34,006 bases of DNA from a virus (Duplodnaviria > Heunggongvirae > Uroviricota > Caudoviricetes). The stretch lies in IMG/VR virus record IMGVR_UViG_2529292836_000023; one strand, 5' to 3'. Made by a program: the position numbers and the translations under genes. Positions 9,062-18,185 of this stretch are shown here, one piece after another (positions within the stretch are counted from its first letter, which is position 1; every line of letters starts with the position of its first letter). Under the pieces are notes generated by a model that saw only the letters and a program-made list of their open reading frames with translations, searched no databases and had not been told where the DNA came from.

Positions 9062-9450
9062 GTTTTATCCTTTTAAAGGTGAATTTAACGAGTTTAACTT
9101 TATCTCAACTCAATACTTATCTCAAAATTTATGAGTAGAAATAACATCCACAAAAAACTATTAAAGCCCTTTTACCTCTTATTATTGATGAAAATGTACA
9201 TTTTTATAAAGAATGTCGAAGAACCTCCTCAGTGGAACTATCAACTACACATTGCAAGACTAGAGTATGTGCAAACCTTTTGACAAGGTTCTGAAATATT
9301 CATGGTGGCCTTATTATATCAATTTATCTTCACTTTATACATTAACATAGCATGATGTTGATAATGTCCGCTCCTAGCACAGAGCGGACTGTCAGATTAG
9401 GCCTTACTCTGTACTATAGCTATGTTAACTAACACAAGAGATCATATCAC

Positions 9451-9978
9451 TTATTGCGGCATTTCCGGCCATTCAGGATTTGCAGGATCCACACGGCTGA
9501 CCAGAACACTGTAGCGTTCCCATGCTTCCAGTCGGCTACGCTCCTCATCTGTTGCCATGTTCAGCCTGACAGCGCGCTCCAGTGGCTGAATAACGCTTTC
9601 CGCTTCGGAAAGTAACGCGGCCTTTTGTGATTCTGCCTGTTGTTGCTGTTCGTCTGCCGTATAAATCCGCTTAATCACGGCACCATCCTTAAACATCCAT
9701 TTCCCTGAGTCATCAGCACGTCGGTTGGCGGTAATATCAGGAACCTCGACAACGCTAAAACCTTCAGGGTTAAGCGTTGAAGCATCTCTGGTGATGCCGA
9801 CAATTATATTATTCTCGTCGTAAACAATCTTTATCGTGTCTGCCTGAAAATTACTTACTTCCTCATACCAGTTTTTTCCCTCTTCGGACCATAACCAGAT
9901 AACATCAAAATTTTTTGTCAGTTGATATTGGGCAACAGTTTTTGGATTACCCGCAGTAATATTTTTTAAATGCTGCAT
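9451..9978 (-). CDS. G: Tail fibre assembly chaperone gpG
   Basis: 175 aa, same length and position as P2 G, immediately downstream of H. Confidence 0.85.
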   Translation of the reverse strand: MQHLKNITAGNPKTVAQYQLTKNFDVIWLWSEEGKNWYEEVSNFQADTIKIVYDENNIIVGITRDASTLNPEGFSVVEVPDITANRRADDSGKWMFKDGAVIKRIYTADEQQQQAESQKAALLSEAESVIQPLERAVRLNMATDEERSRLEAWERYSVLVSRVDPANPEWPEMPQ

Positions 9979-9981
9979 AAA

Positions 9982-11322
9982 TTACACCTGTGCGACGTTA
10001 TACCATGTGCCATTGATGTATTTTTGTATTGGTCTGAATACTGCGGGGTCATCACCATCGACTTCACCGATAATACCAAGCCCGGTAATTACGTGCCCTG
10101 CTTTCTCATACATCACCCCTTTCTTCATGGTCTGGACAACTCGAGTCCCAAGCCGGATATCGCGTACATAACGGGAATCAAAATTACTATAGTTAGATGG
10201 TGATACCTGCCCGTTAACAGCAAAAGTGATGCTGTTATCTGTATTTCTCTGACTGTAAAAATGCCAGCCTGCATCATCACCTAATTCAGCCACCACAGGA
10301 CGACTTGAGTTTCCCCACAAATTGAATGCGGCTTCCTTCGTGGATGTATTGCTGCTGCTGACCGTGAACTTTTTCCCGCTACCGGCACGTACTTTGGTAC
10401 TTGAGACAATATCACCTGTAACACTCAGGCCATGCCCCATTGACACTCCGCCATTGGCGTTATTGATAGTCAGCGGTCTTAAGCCGTTCCATGTCCCAAA
10501 TTTATCGCCAGAGGCCGTCAGCATTAAATATGTGCTGCCGCCATCATTCCTGATAAAGAAACCATAATTGCCATAAGCAATGCGCAGACCATTAGCACTG
10601 AGTGATGTAATCTCACCTCTTGAACGGAGACCATAAGCGGAGCTGAGTGATAATTCTTCCTGAGCATCAGTATTACCAGTCGCCCAACGAACTACCCCGC
10701 CCTGTACTGTTTCATGCCAGATAGTGTCTCCTTCTCCACCACGAAACTTTCTGAGATATTTTTTGCCGCCTCTTGTGCCTGAACATAAGGCCGTAGACAT
10801 ATAGGCATTCTGGCTTCCACCGTCCTGATTAATCGTTCCGGTCATTGCGTCGCCCTGACGATTCCAGTCACGACGCCAGCCGGGGGAGTAGCCGTCCCCA
10901 TGATTAATGTAAGTGAATTGTGCGCTGGTTGTACCGCCACCGCTTGATGTTGTCGGCGTGGTCACTCGGATAGTGATTGCAGATTTAGTTCCCATGACCT
11001 CGACGACACAACCAGCCAGGTGGATATCACCACATCCGGTATCCGTAATGATTTTGTTATTTGCATATGACCAAGAGCCTTTGCACATCCAGTACGGATG
11101 ATTAAATGCACCACGGGAATCCAGCCATTCAATAAACTGAGCGGTTGTCCAGTTTCCGGCTTCAGTGCTCAAAGCACCGCTATAAGCACGACAGGCACCG
11201 ATATTTTTCGTGAAGGTATCCTTTCCCGGAATATCCGCACCATTCTGATCTTTCTGAAGACGTTTTTCAGCATTGTCATAGGCAGACTTCACCGCTTTGG
11301 TTGCGCCGCGTTTCAGAATCAC
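9982..11322 (-). CDS. H: Tail fibre protein gpH, C-terminal portion (gene interrupted upstream)
   Basis: C-terminus ...GHVITGLGIIGEVDGDDPAVFRPIQKYINGTWYNVAQV and upstream SSSNTSTKEAAFNLWG...AELGDDAGWHFYSQRNTDNS match the P2 H C-terminal region; ORF begins inside the repeat array. Confidence 0.8.
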   Translation of the reverse strand: MILKRGATKAVKSAYDNAEKRLQKDQNGADIPGKDTFTKNIGACRAYSGALSTEAGNWTTAQFIEWLDSRGAFNHPYWMCKGSWSYANNKIITDTGCGDIHLAGCVVEVMGTKSAITIRVTTPTTSSGGGTTSAQFTYINHGDGYSPGWRRDWNRQGDAMTGTINQDGGSQNAYMSTALCSGTRGGKKYLRKFRGGEGDTIWHETVQGGVVRWATGNTDAQEELSLSSAYGLRSRGEITSLSANGLRIAYGNYGFFIRNDGGSTYLMLTASGDKFGTWNGLRPLTINNANGGVSMGHGLSVTGDIVSSTKVRAGSGKKFTVSSSNTSTKEAAFNLWGNSSRPVVAELGDDAGWHFYSQRNTDNSITFAVNGQVSPSNYSNFDSRYVRDIRLGTRVVQTMKKGVMYEKAGHVITGLGIIGEVDGDDPAVFRPIQKYINGTWYNVAQV

Positions 11323-11700
11323 TGTTGGTGCGCTACTGAGCTGGACAAGACCTTTCGCGCGTGTGGCATCCTGTGCAGTGTATTTCCCGTTAGCAAGGTA
11401 TACGCGCTTACCGCCTTTGGCGTTGCGCAGCTTTCAGAATCGCTGTTGGTGCGCTACTGAGCTGGACAAGACCTTTTCGCGCTGTGGTGGCGTCCTGTGC
11501 AGTGTATTTCCCGTTAGCAAGGTCATAGCGCCTTTACCGCTTTCGGGTTGCGGCAGTTCAGACGTGCTGTTGGTGGCGCTACTGAGCTGGACAAGCCTTT
11601 TCGCGCTGTGGTGGCTCCTGGCGTTATTTCCCGTTAGCAAGTCATAGCGCCTTTACCGCTTGGCGTTGCGCAGGTTTCAGACTGTTGGTGCCTCTACTGA
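11297..11700. repeat. Degenerate tandem repeat array (about 3.3 copies of ~120 bp) inside tail fibre gene H
   Basis: Units starting GTTTCAGAATC.CTGTTGGTGCGCTACTGAGCTGGACAAGACCTTTCGCGC... recur with many small indels and substitutions; they encode the repeated P2 H segment (…KGLVQLSSATNSTSE…) on the minus strand. Confidence 0.8.
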
Positions 11701-12226
11701 AACCTTTTGCGGTCAGCGAGGCGTCCGGGTGACGTCGTGACTGTTCGTGCTCTGCAATTTTGTCATCAACGTAATCCTGCGTCGCCATCACCGTTGTGGT
11801 GTCAATGGTCAGCGCCACTGAGGACACACTGCTGACGATGATGACCATGCGGCAGGTCTGCGAACGCCCTGAGCCTTCGGCAAGAGCTGGCTTATAACTT
11901 TCGGCCATGTTCGCCACGGCAATTAACGTTCCAGCATCATCGTACAGGCCAAGCTCACGCATCCAGAAACCGCCCACCTCCGGCGGAATAACCAGCTCTG
12001 CGATAATATAATTACTGTTTCGTTTGTCCTGGCTGATTTTGTTCAGCGCATGCCGCCAGACTTCGTGGATAAGCCCGGTCTGTCCGGCATCCGGGACAGG
12101 CAATTTACCACCGCCATCCCCGACGGCCATCGTGGTAATGTTGACCTTCCGCCCTCCCGGTGCGGTTGCCGCTGCCAGCTTTGCTGCACCGGCAGTGGTG
12201 ATAACGGTTTTGAATTTTGTGCTCAT
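11642..12226 (-). CDS. H: Tail fibre protein gpH, N-terminal portion (frame lost in repeat array)
   Basis: N-terminus MSTKFKTVITTAGAAKLAAATAPGGRKV...GLIHEVWRHALNKISQDKRNSNYIIAELVIPPEVGGFWMRELGLYDD matches P2 H; ORF ends ...DASLTAKGFSRGTNSLKPAQRQAVKAL where P2 continues in frame. Confidence 0.8.
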   Translation of the reverse strand: MSTKFKTVITTAGAAKLAAATAPGGRKVNITTMAVGDGGGKLPVPDAGQTGLIHEVWRHALNKISQDKRNSNYIIAELVIPPEVGGFWMRELGLYDDAGTLIAVANMAESYKPALAEGSGRSQTCRMVIIVSSVSSVALTIDTTTVMATQDYVDDKIAEHEQSRRHPDASLTAKGFSRGTNSLKPAQRQAVKAL

Positions 12227-12236
12227 TATTCCTCAC

Positions 12237-12767
12237 TTATCCGGGGTAAACCGTAATTACATCGCCGTCGTAAGCCACACCACCGGCGAACAGATAGCCG
12301 GGAATGTCCCGGGTAATGTTCAGGCCAATAAGATGACGACTTGCAGGTTTGGCATCAGCAATAAGCCGTTCCATTTCCTGATACATTGCCTCTGTGATGC
12401 CACTTTCCAGTACACCAATATCAAGCCGGAAGGTGCCGGGCGGGTCACTGTTTTCCCACCACTCCGTCACGTTGATGAGATAGCCGAGCGGCTCCACCAC
12501 ACGCCGGATTGCGCCTATAGTGCCCTTATGGCAGTGAATGAAATACGCATCGCGGATAACGGCGCGTTTTGTTGCTTCCGGCCACTTTTCATCCCACCTG
12601 TCGACCGAAAACGCCCACGCCAGCCACGGCAGCAGATTTGCCGGACAGGCATCCGGGTTCCACAGCTCACGAATACTGACCGGCGTTTTTTCAATTTCCG
12701 CACAGGCTTTTGCGGCGGCGACTTCAAGTGGTGATGAGCCGGTCGGCAGCAGGCGCGAATCACTCAT
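12237..12767 (-). CDS. I: Baseplate/tail protein gpI
   Basis: 176 aa, same length and position as P2 I. Confidence 0.9.
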   Translation of the reverse strand: MSDSRLLPTGSSPLEVAAAKACAEIEKTPVSIRELWNPDACPANLLPWLAWAFSVDRWDEKWPEATKRAVIRDAYFIHCHKGTIGAIRRVVEPLGYLINVTEWWENSDPPGTFRLDIGVLESGITEAMYQEMERLIADAKPASRHLIGLNITRDIPGYLFAGGVAYDGDVITVYPG

Positions 12768-13668
12768 CCGGGCCTCCGGTCACGACGCGGTATTCGGTAC
12801 AGAAAGACGCCTGCGTGCTGTTAAGCACGATATCGGCCAGCGGTGCAGCCAGTTCGACACGCTGCACGCCTTCCACATGCAAAGCGGCATAAATGGCAGA
12901 CAGACGGATGTCGCGCCCCAGCCGGTGCTGTGCCGTGATATACGCTTCCAGTTTTTTCACGGCGGCAGCGCGAATGGGTTCGCTTTCGGGGCCAGGGTAA
13001 AGGTAAAGCGTGGCGTTTATCTGGTATTCAACAATGGCGGCAGACTGCACGGTCACGCGGTCGGCCACCGGTCTGACGTCCTCGCCATTCAGGGCGTTAC
13101 GCACCACCGCCAGCAGGTCTTCGGATGCGACACCGTTATTCTCACGTGACAGCACAGAGATGGTGACGCAGGCCGGAGACGGACTGGTGACAGAGATATC
13201 CGCGACACGCCCGTCAGCACTGCGACCATGATACTGATAGGCACCCACCGACCCGGCGACGCTTAAACCTTCAAACGCCTGCTGAATACGCAGACGATAA
13301 TCGGTATCAGATTCCATCACTGCCGGTGTCGGCGGGATGGTCGAATCATCTGCCGGGGTGATAGTCAGACGCGTGGTGTTGTAATTGGCACCAATCACAT
13401 CAAGGTCATTACCCGCGGCACAGGCCAGCATCACCGCCCGTGCGGCCTCATTCACACGCTGACGCCAGATAAGCTCACGATAAGCATTTTCCTCCAGCAG
13501 TTTGACGAGAGGCTCGGATTCCAGCGTCAGGGTACGGGCGACCGCCTCCTGCTGGTCTTCCGGGTAAAGGGAAATCAGTGTCGCCTTGCGTTCGGCAAGA
13601 ATGGTTTCAAAGTCCAGCTCCTCGACCACATCCGGTGCAGGTAGCTGGTTCAGGTCGATAATCGGCAT
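12760..13668 (-). CDS. J: Baseplate assembly protein gpJ
   Basis: 302 aa, same length and position as P2 J. Confidence 0.9.
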   Translation of the reverse strand: MPIIDLNQLPAPDVVEELDFETILAERKATLISLYPEDQQEAVARTLTLESEPLVKLLEENAYRELIWRQRVNEAARAVMLACAAGNDLDVIGANYNTTRLTITPADDSTIPPTPAVMESDTDYRLRIQQAFEGLSVAGSVGAYQYHGRSADGRVADISVTSPSPACVTISVLSRENNGVASEDLLAVVRNALNGEDVRPVADRVTVQSAAIVEYQINATLYLYPGPESEPIRAAAVKKLEAYITAQHRLGRDIRLSAIYAALHVEGVQRVELAAPLADIVLNSTQASFCTEYRVVTGGPDE

Positions 13669-13672
13669 GGTT

Positions 13673-14020
13673 TCAACTCACAGGGATGGTTAACGAAAGT
13701 GGCTGGCCGGTGTCGTTGTGCTGGCCGGTTAACGTAACTGTCATTCGCCCGTCAAAACTGCGCGCCGTAGTGACGGATGACAGGGTGACGCGGGGTTCCC
13801 ATTTCAGCACCGCCATGTAACAGGCGACCTTAATCTGCAACTCAAGCGCCGGGGTCTGCGGCTGGTCAATCATTGACGCCAGCAACGAGCCGTAATCACG
13901 ACGCATCACCCGTGAGCCGACCGGTGTGCGCAGGATATCGCCGATACTCTGGCTGATATGCTCAAGGTCAGTGACAGTCAGGCCATCACGGCGATTCATT
14001 CCGAGATAACGCGCTGTCAT
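13673..14020 (-). CDS. W: Baseplate protein gpW
   Basis: 115 aa, same length and position as P2 W. Confidence 0.9.
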   Translation of the reverse strand: MTARYLGMNRRDGLTVTDLEHISQSIGDILRTPVGSRVMRRDYGSLLASMIDQPQTPALELQIKVACYMAVLKWEPRVTLSSVTTARSFDGRMTVTLTGQHNDTGQPLSLTIPVS

Positions 14021-14652
14021 AGAGGACTCCCGGTTGTGCCGCCGCTGTCGCCGGGGTGTTTATGGGTATGCAGTACCTTACCGTTTGATGAGAGTTCACC
14101 GCCGGTATGTTCAATGTTGCCGCGCATCGTCCCGCCCTTCTGCACTTCCAGCGTACCGGTAATCAGCCTGTTGGTGCAGACCACCTCTGGTGTGTCCAGG
14201 GTGACGCGGGTTGATGCTTTCACCATGACCACCGGCACCGTGGCAGTAACAGAATCAGAAGCCGTCACGCTGGCCGTTTTAATTCCGCTTACCGTGAGTG
14301 CACTGGTTTCGGGTTCATACTCAATCACCGCCCCGTCAGGGAAACGGATATGCATGGCATCCGCCGACGCAGACGGCGGAGGGTTATCGCCGGAATAAAT
14401 CCCCGGCAGAACGAACGCCGTGTCGAGTTCACCGCCCACGGCCAGAATCAGCACCTGTTCCCCCACGGAAGGTGCCCACCATGTGCGCGAACGACCGGCG
14501 CGATGGGTCAGCCACTGAAGCCAGTCGGTGCACATGCCGCCGGTCTGCACACGGCAGCGACCGGCGTTAAGGTCGGTTTCGACGACAAGGCCGGTGCGGA
14601 TCATGTTGCGCAGTGCGCGCGCGATTTCCTGAATATTTGCGAGAGTGTTCAT
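14017..14652 (-). CDS. V: Baseplate spike protein gpV
   Basis: 211 aa, same length and position as P2 V. Confidence 0.9.
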   Translation of the reverse strand: MNTLANIQEIARALRNMIRTGLVVETDLNAGRCRVQTGGMCTDWLQWLTHRAGRSRTWWAPSVGEQVLILAVGGELDTAFVLPGIYSGDNPPPSASADAMHIRFPDGAVIEYEPETSALTVSGIKTASVTASDSVTATVPVVMVKASTRVTLDTPEVVCTNRLITGTLEVQKGGTMRGNIEHTGGELSSNGKVLHTHKHPGDSGGTTGSPL

Positions 14653-14718
14653 AACGGGAAGGATGCCGCCGGGTCATACCGGCGGCAATGTGACGATGAG
14701 GTGTCAGGAATGGCACAA

Positions 14719-15171
14719 CTAACGGTCGAGGTGAGCCAGAATAATCTCTTCAATCATCTGCACATCCTCACCGGTAAAGCCGAGCAGAGGACGCGCCGGA
14801 TAATCAATTTTCTTACCGTCTTTCCGGTTTTCTTCCGACAGACCGAACTGATGCACGCTGGCGATTTTCGGTGACTTCCCGCCGTAAAACTCCATTGATG
14901 CCTGTTCCGGGCTGGCGCGGATATGCAAAAAACGACTGGTGATAAGTTTCGCAAACATTTTTCGCTTAACGCGACCAGTCTTTTTTCTGGCGCTCTGCTG
15001 CTGGCGTGGTGCGTAGGGTGTGCCGTCCGGGGCTTTCTGTGCCATCACCCGGCGCTGCTGACTCTGACGCAGACGTTTCGCCAGCTCGGCGCTCAGTCGC
15101 CGACGCCCTGACGGTGACAGCGACTCAATCAGTCCGGCCAGCCGGTCTTCAAAACGCTTAAACTCATTCAT
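14719..15171 (-). CDS. S: Tail completion protein gpS
   Basis: 150 aa, same length and position as P2 S. Confidence 0.9.
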   Translation of the reverse strand: MNEFKRFEDRLAGLIESLSPSGRRRLSAELAKRLRQSQQRRVMAQKAPDGTPYAPRQQQSARKKTGRVKRKMFAKLITSRFLHIRASPEQASMEFYGGKSPKIASVHQFGLSEENRKDGKKIDYPARPLLGFTGEDVQMIEEIILAHLDR

Positions 15172-15631
15172 TCCACTTACTCACCAGTTCACCATTGATA
15201 TAAAGCTCCATCGGGCGGGTGACCGGCTCCGGCGGCGGGGGTTCCGGGATATTCTTCACATGCAGCGCGCCGTCCACCTCACTGACCAGCGTGCGCTCGG
15301 TGAGCATCAGGCTGATGCTGATATCAAAGCTGCTGTCATTGTTGATGTCCGCATAAAACGTGAAGCCCTTTTTCTGGCCTGCGTCGGTGGTCATGATGTC
15401 GGGCTGATTTTCCCGCAGCCACGCCAGCACCGGCACGATGAGCAGGTCAAAATCACCGGTAAAGTCGGTCACAATCACATTGAGCGTGTAACGCTTTTCG
15501 AATGACAACGACGCAGCCAGTGTGGAGGCAATACTCCCGTTATCCACGAATATCCGCAGCATATCGGGGTTAGTTTTCAGCACCGTGACGGCATCAGTCA
15601 GCGCCCTGCGCAGGCTGTCGGGTTTGAGCAT
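15164..15631 (-). CDS. R: Tail completion protein gpR
   Basis: 155 aa, same length and position as P2 R. Confidence 0.9.
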   Translation of the reverse strand: MLKPDSLRRALTDAVTVLKTNPDMLRIFVDNGSIASTLAASLSFEKRYTLNVIVTDFTGDFDLLIVPVLAWLRENQPDIMTTDAGQKKGFTFYADINNDSSFDISISLMLTERTLVSEVDGALHVKNIPEPPPPEPVTRPMELYINGELVSKWNE

Positions 15632-15884
15632 CGTTTTCGTCCTGACAGTGTTTAATCATTTTTACCTGGCTGGCACAGCGTGCCAGCGCGTTCTCAAGCT
15701 GCCGGATATCAGCACTTAAATCGCCGTTCGTCTGCGGGTCACTTCCCGGCATCGGGCAAAGGCTCACTTTCGGGCAGGCGTTGTGGACAATCACTGGCGT
15801 CGGTGCAGGCCGGACGCTGGTGCAACCGGCGCACAGCATCAGGCAGGCCAGCGCCGTACCAGCGGCGAAAATCTTCGTTTTCAT
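15594..15884 (-). CDS. lysC: LysC, Rz1-like outer-membrane spanin lipoprotein
   Basis: 96 aa; signal peptide with lipobox (LCAGC), Pro-rich mature part; out-of-frame overlap with lysB and R as in P2. Confidence 0.8.
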   Translation of the reverse strand: MKTKIFAAGTALACLMLCAGCTSVRPAPTPVIVHNACPKVSLCPMPGSDPQTNGDLSADIRQLENALARCASQVKMIKHCQDENDAQTRQPAQGAD

Positions 15885-16164
15885 TCAGTAACCTCGTGAT
15901 GGTTTTCTCGCGCTGTGCTTCACGCTTCGCCGCGTTCTCCAGTTCCTGACGCAGTGCCACCTGCGCCAGCTCGTTTTTGTCTGCTCTGGTGAGGGCAACA
16001 TGAAGCTGATTTTTCAGCATGGTGATGGTCGTCTGCTGCCCGCTGGCGACGTTGTTCGCCCTGTCCAGCGAGGTGCGCAGGCTGGCGTTTTCATGCTTCG
16101 CCAGAAACAGACCGGCCACCGCCAGTGATAACAACACAACCAGCACAATCATCAGCTTTGACAT
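15739..16164 (-). CDS. lysB: LysB, Rz-like inner-membrane spanin
   Basis: 141 aa; N-terminal transmembrane helix then coiled-coil-like region; P2 lysB length and position. Confidence 0.85.
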   Translation of the reverse strand: MSKLMIVLVVLLSLAVAGLFLAKHENASLRTSLDRANNVASGQQTTITMLKNQLHVALTRADKNELAQVALRQELENAAKREAQREKTITRLLNENEDFRRWYGAGLPDAVRRLHQRPACTDASDCPQRLPESEPLPDAGK

Positions 16165-16577
16165 GGTTCCCGCCCCTCAAAACGCTGACGACAGGCCGTG
16201 CGTATCAACCGGAAGAACACCGACGCCACGAGGTAAATCAGCGCGGTAAAAATCCACCCGGCAGCAACCAGCGAGATAAACGTCGCCACCATCACCACCA
16301 GAGCCGCCGCCCGTCTGCGCCACGGCACCGGCTGCAAAAACAGCGACGCGACAATCTTCACGGCCAGCGATTCCGGCGGCAGCTCCCGCCCGTAGCGTTC
16401 CAGTACATACTCTGTGGCATACACGCCGACACCACCGGCAACCACACAGATAACCGTCGCCAGAATCGCCCAGGCAGCGACAAAACTGACGGCCACGCTC
16501 TGCGGGTAAATCAGGGACAGTGCCAGCATCAGCGCCAGCGACACGTTCAGCATCAGTGAAAGGGATAATTTCTTCAT
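16152..16577 (-). CDS. lysA: LysA lysis-timing membrane protein
   Basis: 141 aa, multiple hydrophobic segments; P2 lysA length and position. Confidence 0.85.
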   Translation of the reverse strand: MKKLSLSLMLNVSLALMLALSLIYPQSVAVSFVAAWAILATVICVVAGGVGVYATEYVLERYGRELPPESLAVKIVASLFLQPVPWRRRAAALVVMVATFISLVAAGWIFTALIYLVASVFFRLIRTACRQRFEGREPCQS

Positions 16578-16591
16578 GGTATTTACTCCGT

Positions 16592-17089
16592 TTAAGCCGG
16601 TACGCCGCCAGCGGTACGCCAGACGGTGACCAGTTTTTCCAGTGAATGCTCACGCTGACCGTAACCGGCACCCGGCAGGGACGCCCAGATATTGCGACAG
16701 CGTGAAATGGCGCGCTCAATGCGTCCCGCCCGGATGTCATCCAGTGCACCGCGTTCGCGGATCAACTGAATGGCAAGTCTGTCCTGTGACAACGGACTGA
16801 AATCCGGCAGGGCAAGCTGTTTGCGGTAATGCGGCCAGAACAGGTAAAGCTGCTGATAACGACCGGAGGCCGTGGATTTTTCACCGCGACGGTTAAACAC
16901 CTTCGCCGGTCGGCCATGTGCGAACGGGTGGTCACTGTAGTCGGTGAAGATTTCCGGCTTCCCGTCCAGTCCGGTGACTATCACGTCATAGCCCCGGTTT
17001 TTCGTCAGCGGGCGATTCGCCGTCCCTTCGGACACGGCCAGCATGTCGAGAAAGGCAGCGATATTCTGATGCGTGTTAATTTCCGGCAT
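16592..17089 (-). CDS. K: Endolysin gpK
   Basis: 165 aa, same length and position as P2 K, downstream of holin Y. Confidence 0.9.
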   Translation of the reverse strand: MPEINTHQNIAAFLDMLAVSEGTANRPLTKNRGYDVIVTGLDGKPEIFTDYSDHPFAHGRPAKVFNRRGEKSTASGRYQQLYLFWPHYRKQLALPDFSPLSQDRLAIQLIRERGALDDIRAGRIERAISRCRNIWASLPGAGYGQREHSLEKLVTVWRTAGGVPA

Positions 17090-17370
17090 TACGGTTTCCC
17101 CCTGCCCTTAAAGCGGCGCTGAATGGCAATCTCAATCACCTGATAACCGGCGATACCCAGCATGGAGCCGATGCCGCACACCGCAGGCAGTGACAGGTCA
17201 GGAAACTGCACCAGAACAACACCGGCAACCATCGAGACAAAACCACCGAGCAACATGCGCCCGATAAACAGACGCGGGGTGATGGGTTCACCACCGGCAA
17301 GCACCTTGCCGACAACAATCAGCACCCCAATCATGAAAAGCGACAGGACGCTTTTTTCTTCTGCTGTCAT
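17089..17370 (-). CDS. Y: Holin gpY
   Basis: 93 aa with hydrophobic membrane segments; P2 Y length and position. Confidence 0.9.
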   Translation of the reverse strand: MTAEEKSVLSLFMIGVLIVVGKVLAGGEPITPRLFIGRMLLGGFVSMVAGVVLVQFPDLSLPAVCGIGSMLGIAGYQVIEIAIQRRFKGRGKP

Positions 17371-17373
17371 GCG

Positions 17374-17577
17374 TTACTCCCACAGATTGACAGTTTCAGC
17401 CACGGGCGCGGTCTGAACGTCGGGCAGTTCGACGGCGGTGCCGTGTGGCAGCACCGCACCCTGTTCAGCCAGTCCCGGATTTGCGGCGAGCACGGCCTCG
17501 ACCACGCCCTCAGTGCGCCCGTAATACCGGACACAAATGGCGTCGAGCGTGTCGCCCTGTAGCGCAAAGGTCTTCAT
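17374..17577 (-). CDS. X: Tail protein gpX
   Basis: 67 aa from internal ATG (MKTFALQGDTLDAICVRYYGRTEGVVE...), matching P2 X; the longer 90-aa ORF in the track is likely an over-extension. Confidence 0.85.
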   Translation of the reverse strand: MKTFALQGDTLDAICVRYYGRTEGVVEAVLAANPGLAEQGAVLPHGTAVELPDVQTAPVAETVNLWE

Positions 17578-18086
17578 CAGATTTGACTCACGATGCAGCG
17601 CGGCTTGTCCTGGATGCGCGCCACTGCCCAGCGCATATCCCGCCACAGCTCATCAATGGTGCTGTCTATGCTGTCGGCCTTTTTGTCGCCTTTCGCACTG
17701 GCATCCACGCCGCGATAACGCTCATAAAGCGACGCGGTCGCCATCGCACACACGGCGCGCTCGTAGTAAAAAACTTTGATGTTTTCACCGTCGATGTCGT
17801 CCGCCGGGACGTCAGCCAGACGCGTAAAACCGGCGGCAATTTTCTGGTCGCGGTACTCGTACAGCTCCGCATTCGTTTCAGCCATGCCTGACTTGATGGC
17901 CTCACGCAGACGGGCAGGGGCGACGGTCTGCTCAAGGCGCATACGTTCCCGGACGCGCTTCGGGTCGATATCGGGAAAAAAGAACGTGTTTTTAATCACC
18001 GGCTCGTCGCCTGCCGGTTGCGGGATGACCACCGTACCCTCACCGGACACGGGAGCCTCCTTTCGCGGAATAATCAGCGTCATCAT
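17577..18086 (-). CDS. L: Head completion protein gpL
   Basis: 169 aa from MMTLIIPRKEAPVSGEG..., matching P2 L; the 189-aa ORF in the track over-extends the N-terminus. Confidence 0.85.
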   Translation of the reverse strand: MMTLIIPRKEAPVSGEGTVVIPQPAGDEPVIKNTFFFPDIDPKRVRERMRLEQTVAPARLREAIKSGMAETNAELYEYRDQKIAAGFTRLADVPADDIDGENIKVFYYERAVCAMATASLYERYRGVDASAKGDKKADSIDSTIDELWRDMRWAVARIQDKPRCIVSQI

Positions 18087-18185
18087 GACTACCTCAGAAA
18101 AGTCGGGCGGTGGACGCCGGTGCAGTGTCAGGTGATTCACCCTCACTGACCGGCGTGCCGCCCTGGCGCGGGGCGCATTCGGTTG

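Noticed and set aside
9131-9283. 50-aa plus-strand ORF (MSRNNIHKKLLKPFYLLLLMKMYIF...) in the AT-rich leader of the Z/fun-locus cargo gene
   Set aside because: No ribosome-binding site, very hydrophobic low-complexity product, and it lies where the cargo gene promoter is expected. It cannot be excluded as a small membrane peptide, but support is insufficient.
11297-11700. Tandem repeats considered as a CRISPR array or a diversity-generating retroelement target
   Set aside because: Units are ~120 bp with no spacer/repeat alternation and encode the known repeated segment of tail fibre H; no cas genes and no reverse transcriptase or template repeat are present; changes are indels rather than adenine-specific substitutions.
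16177-16749. 190-aa minus-strand ORF overlapping lysA and K
   Set aside because: Out-of-frame overlap with two conserved P2 lysis genes and an Arg/Cys-rich low-complexity translation; spurious.
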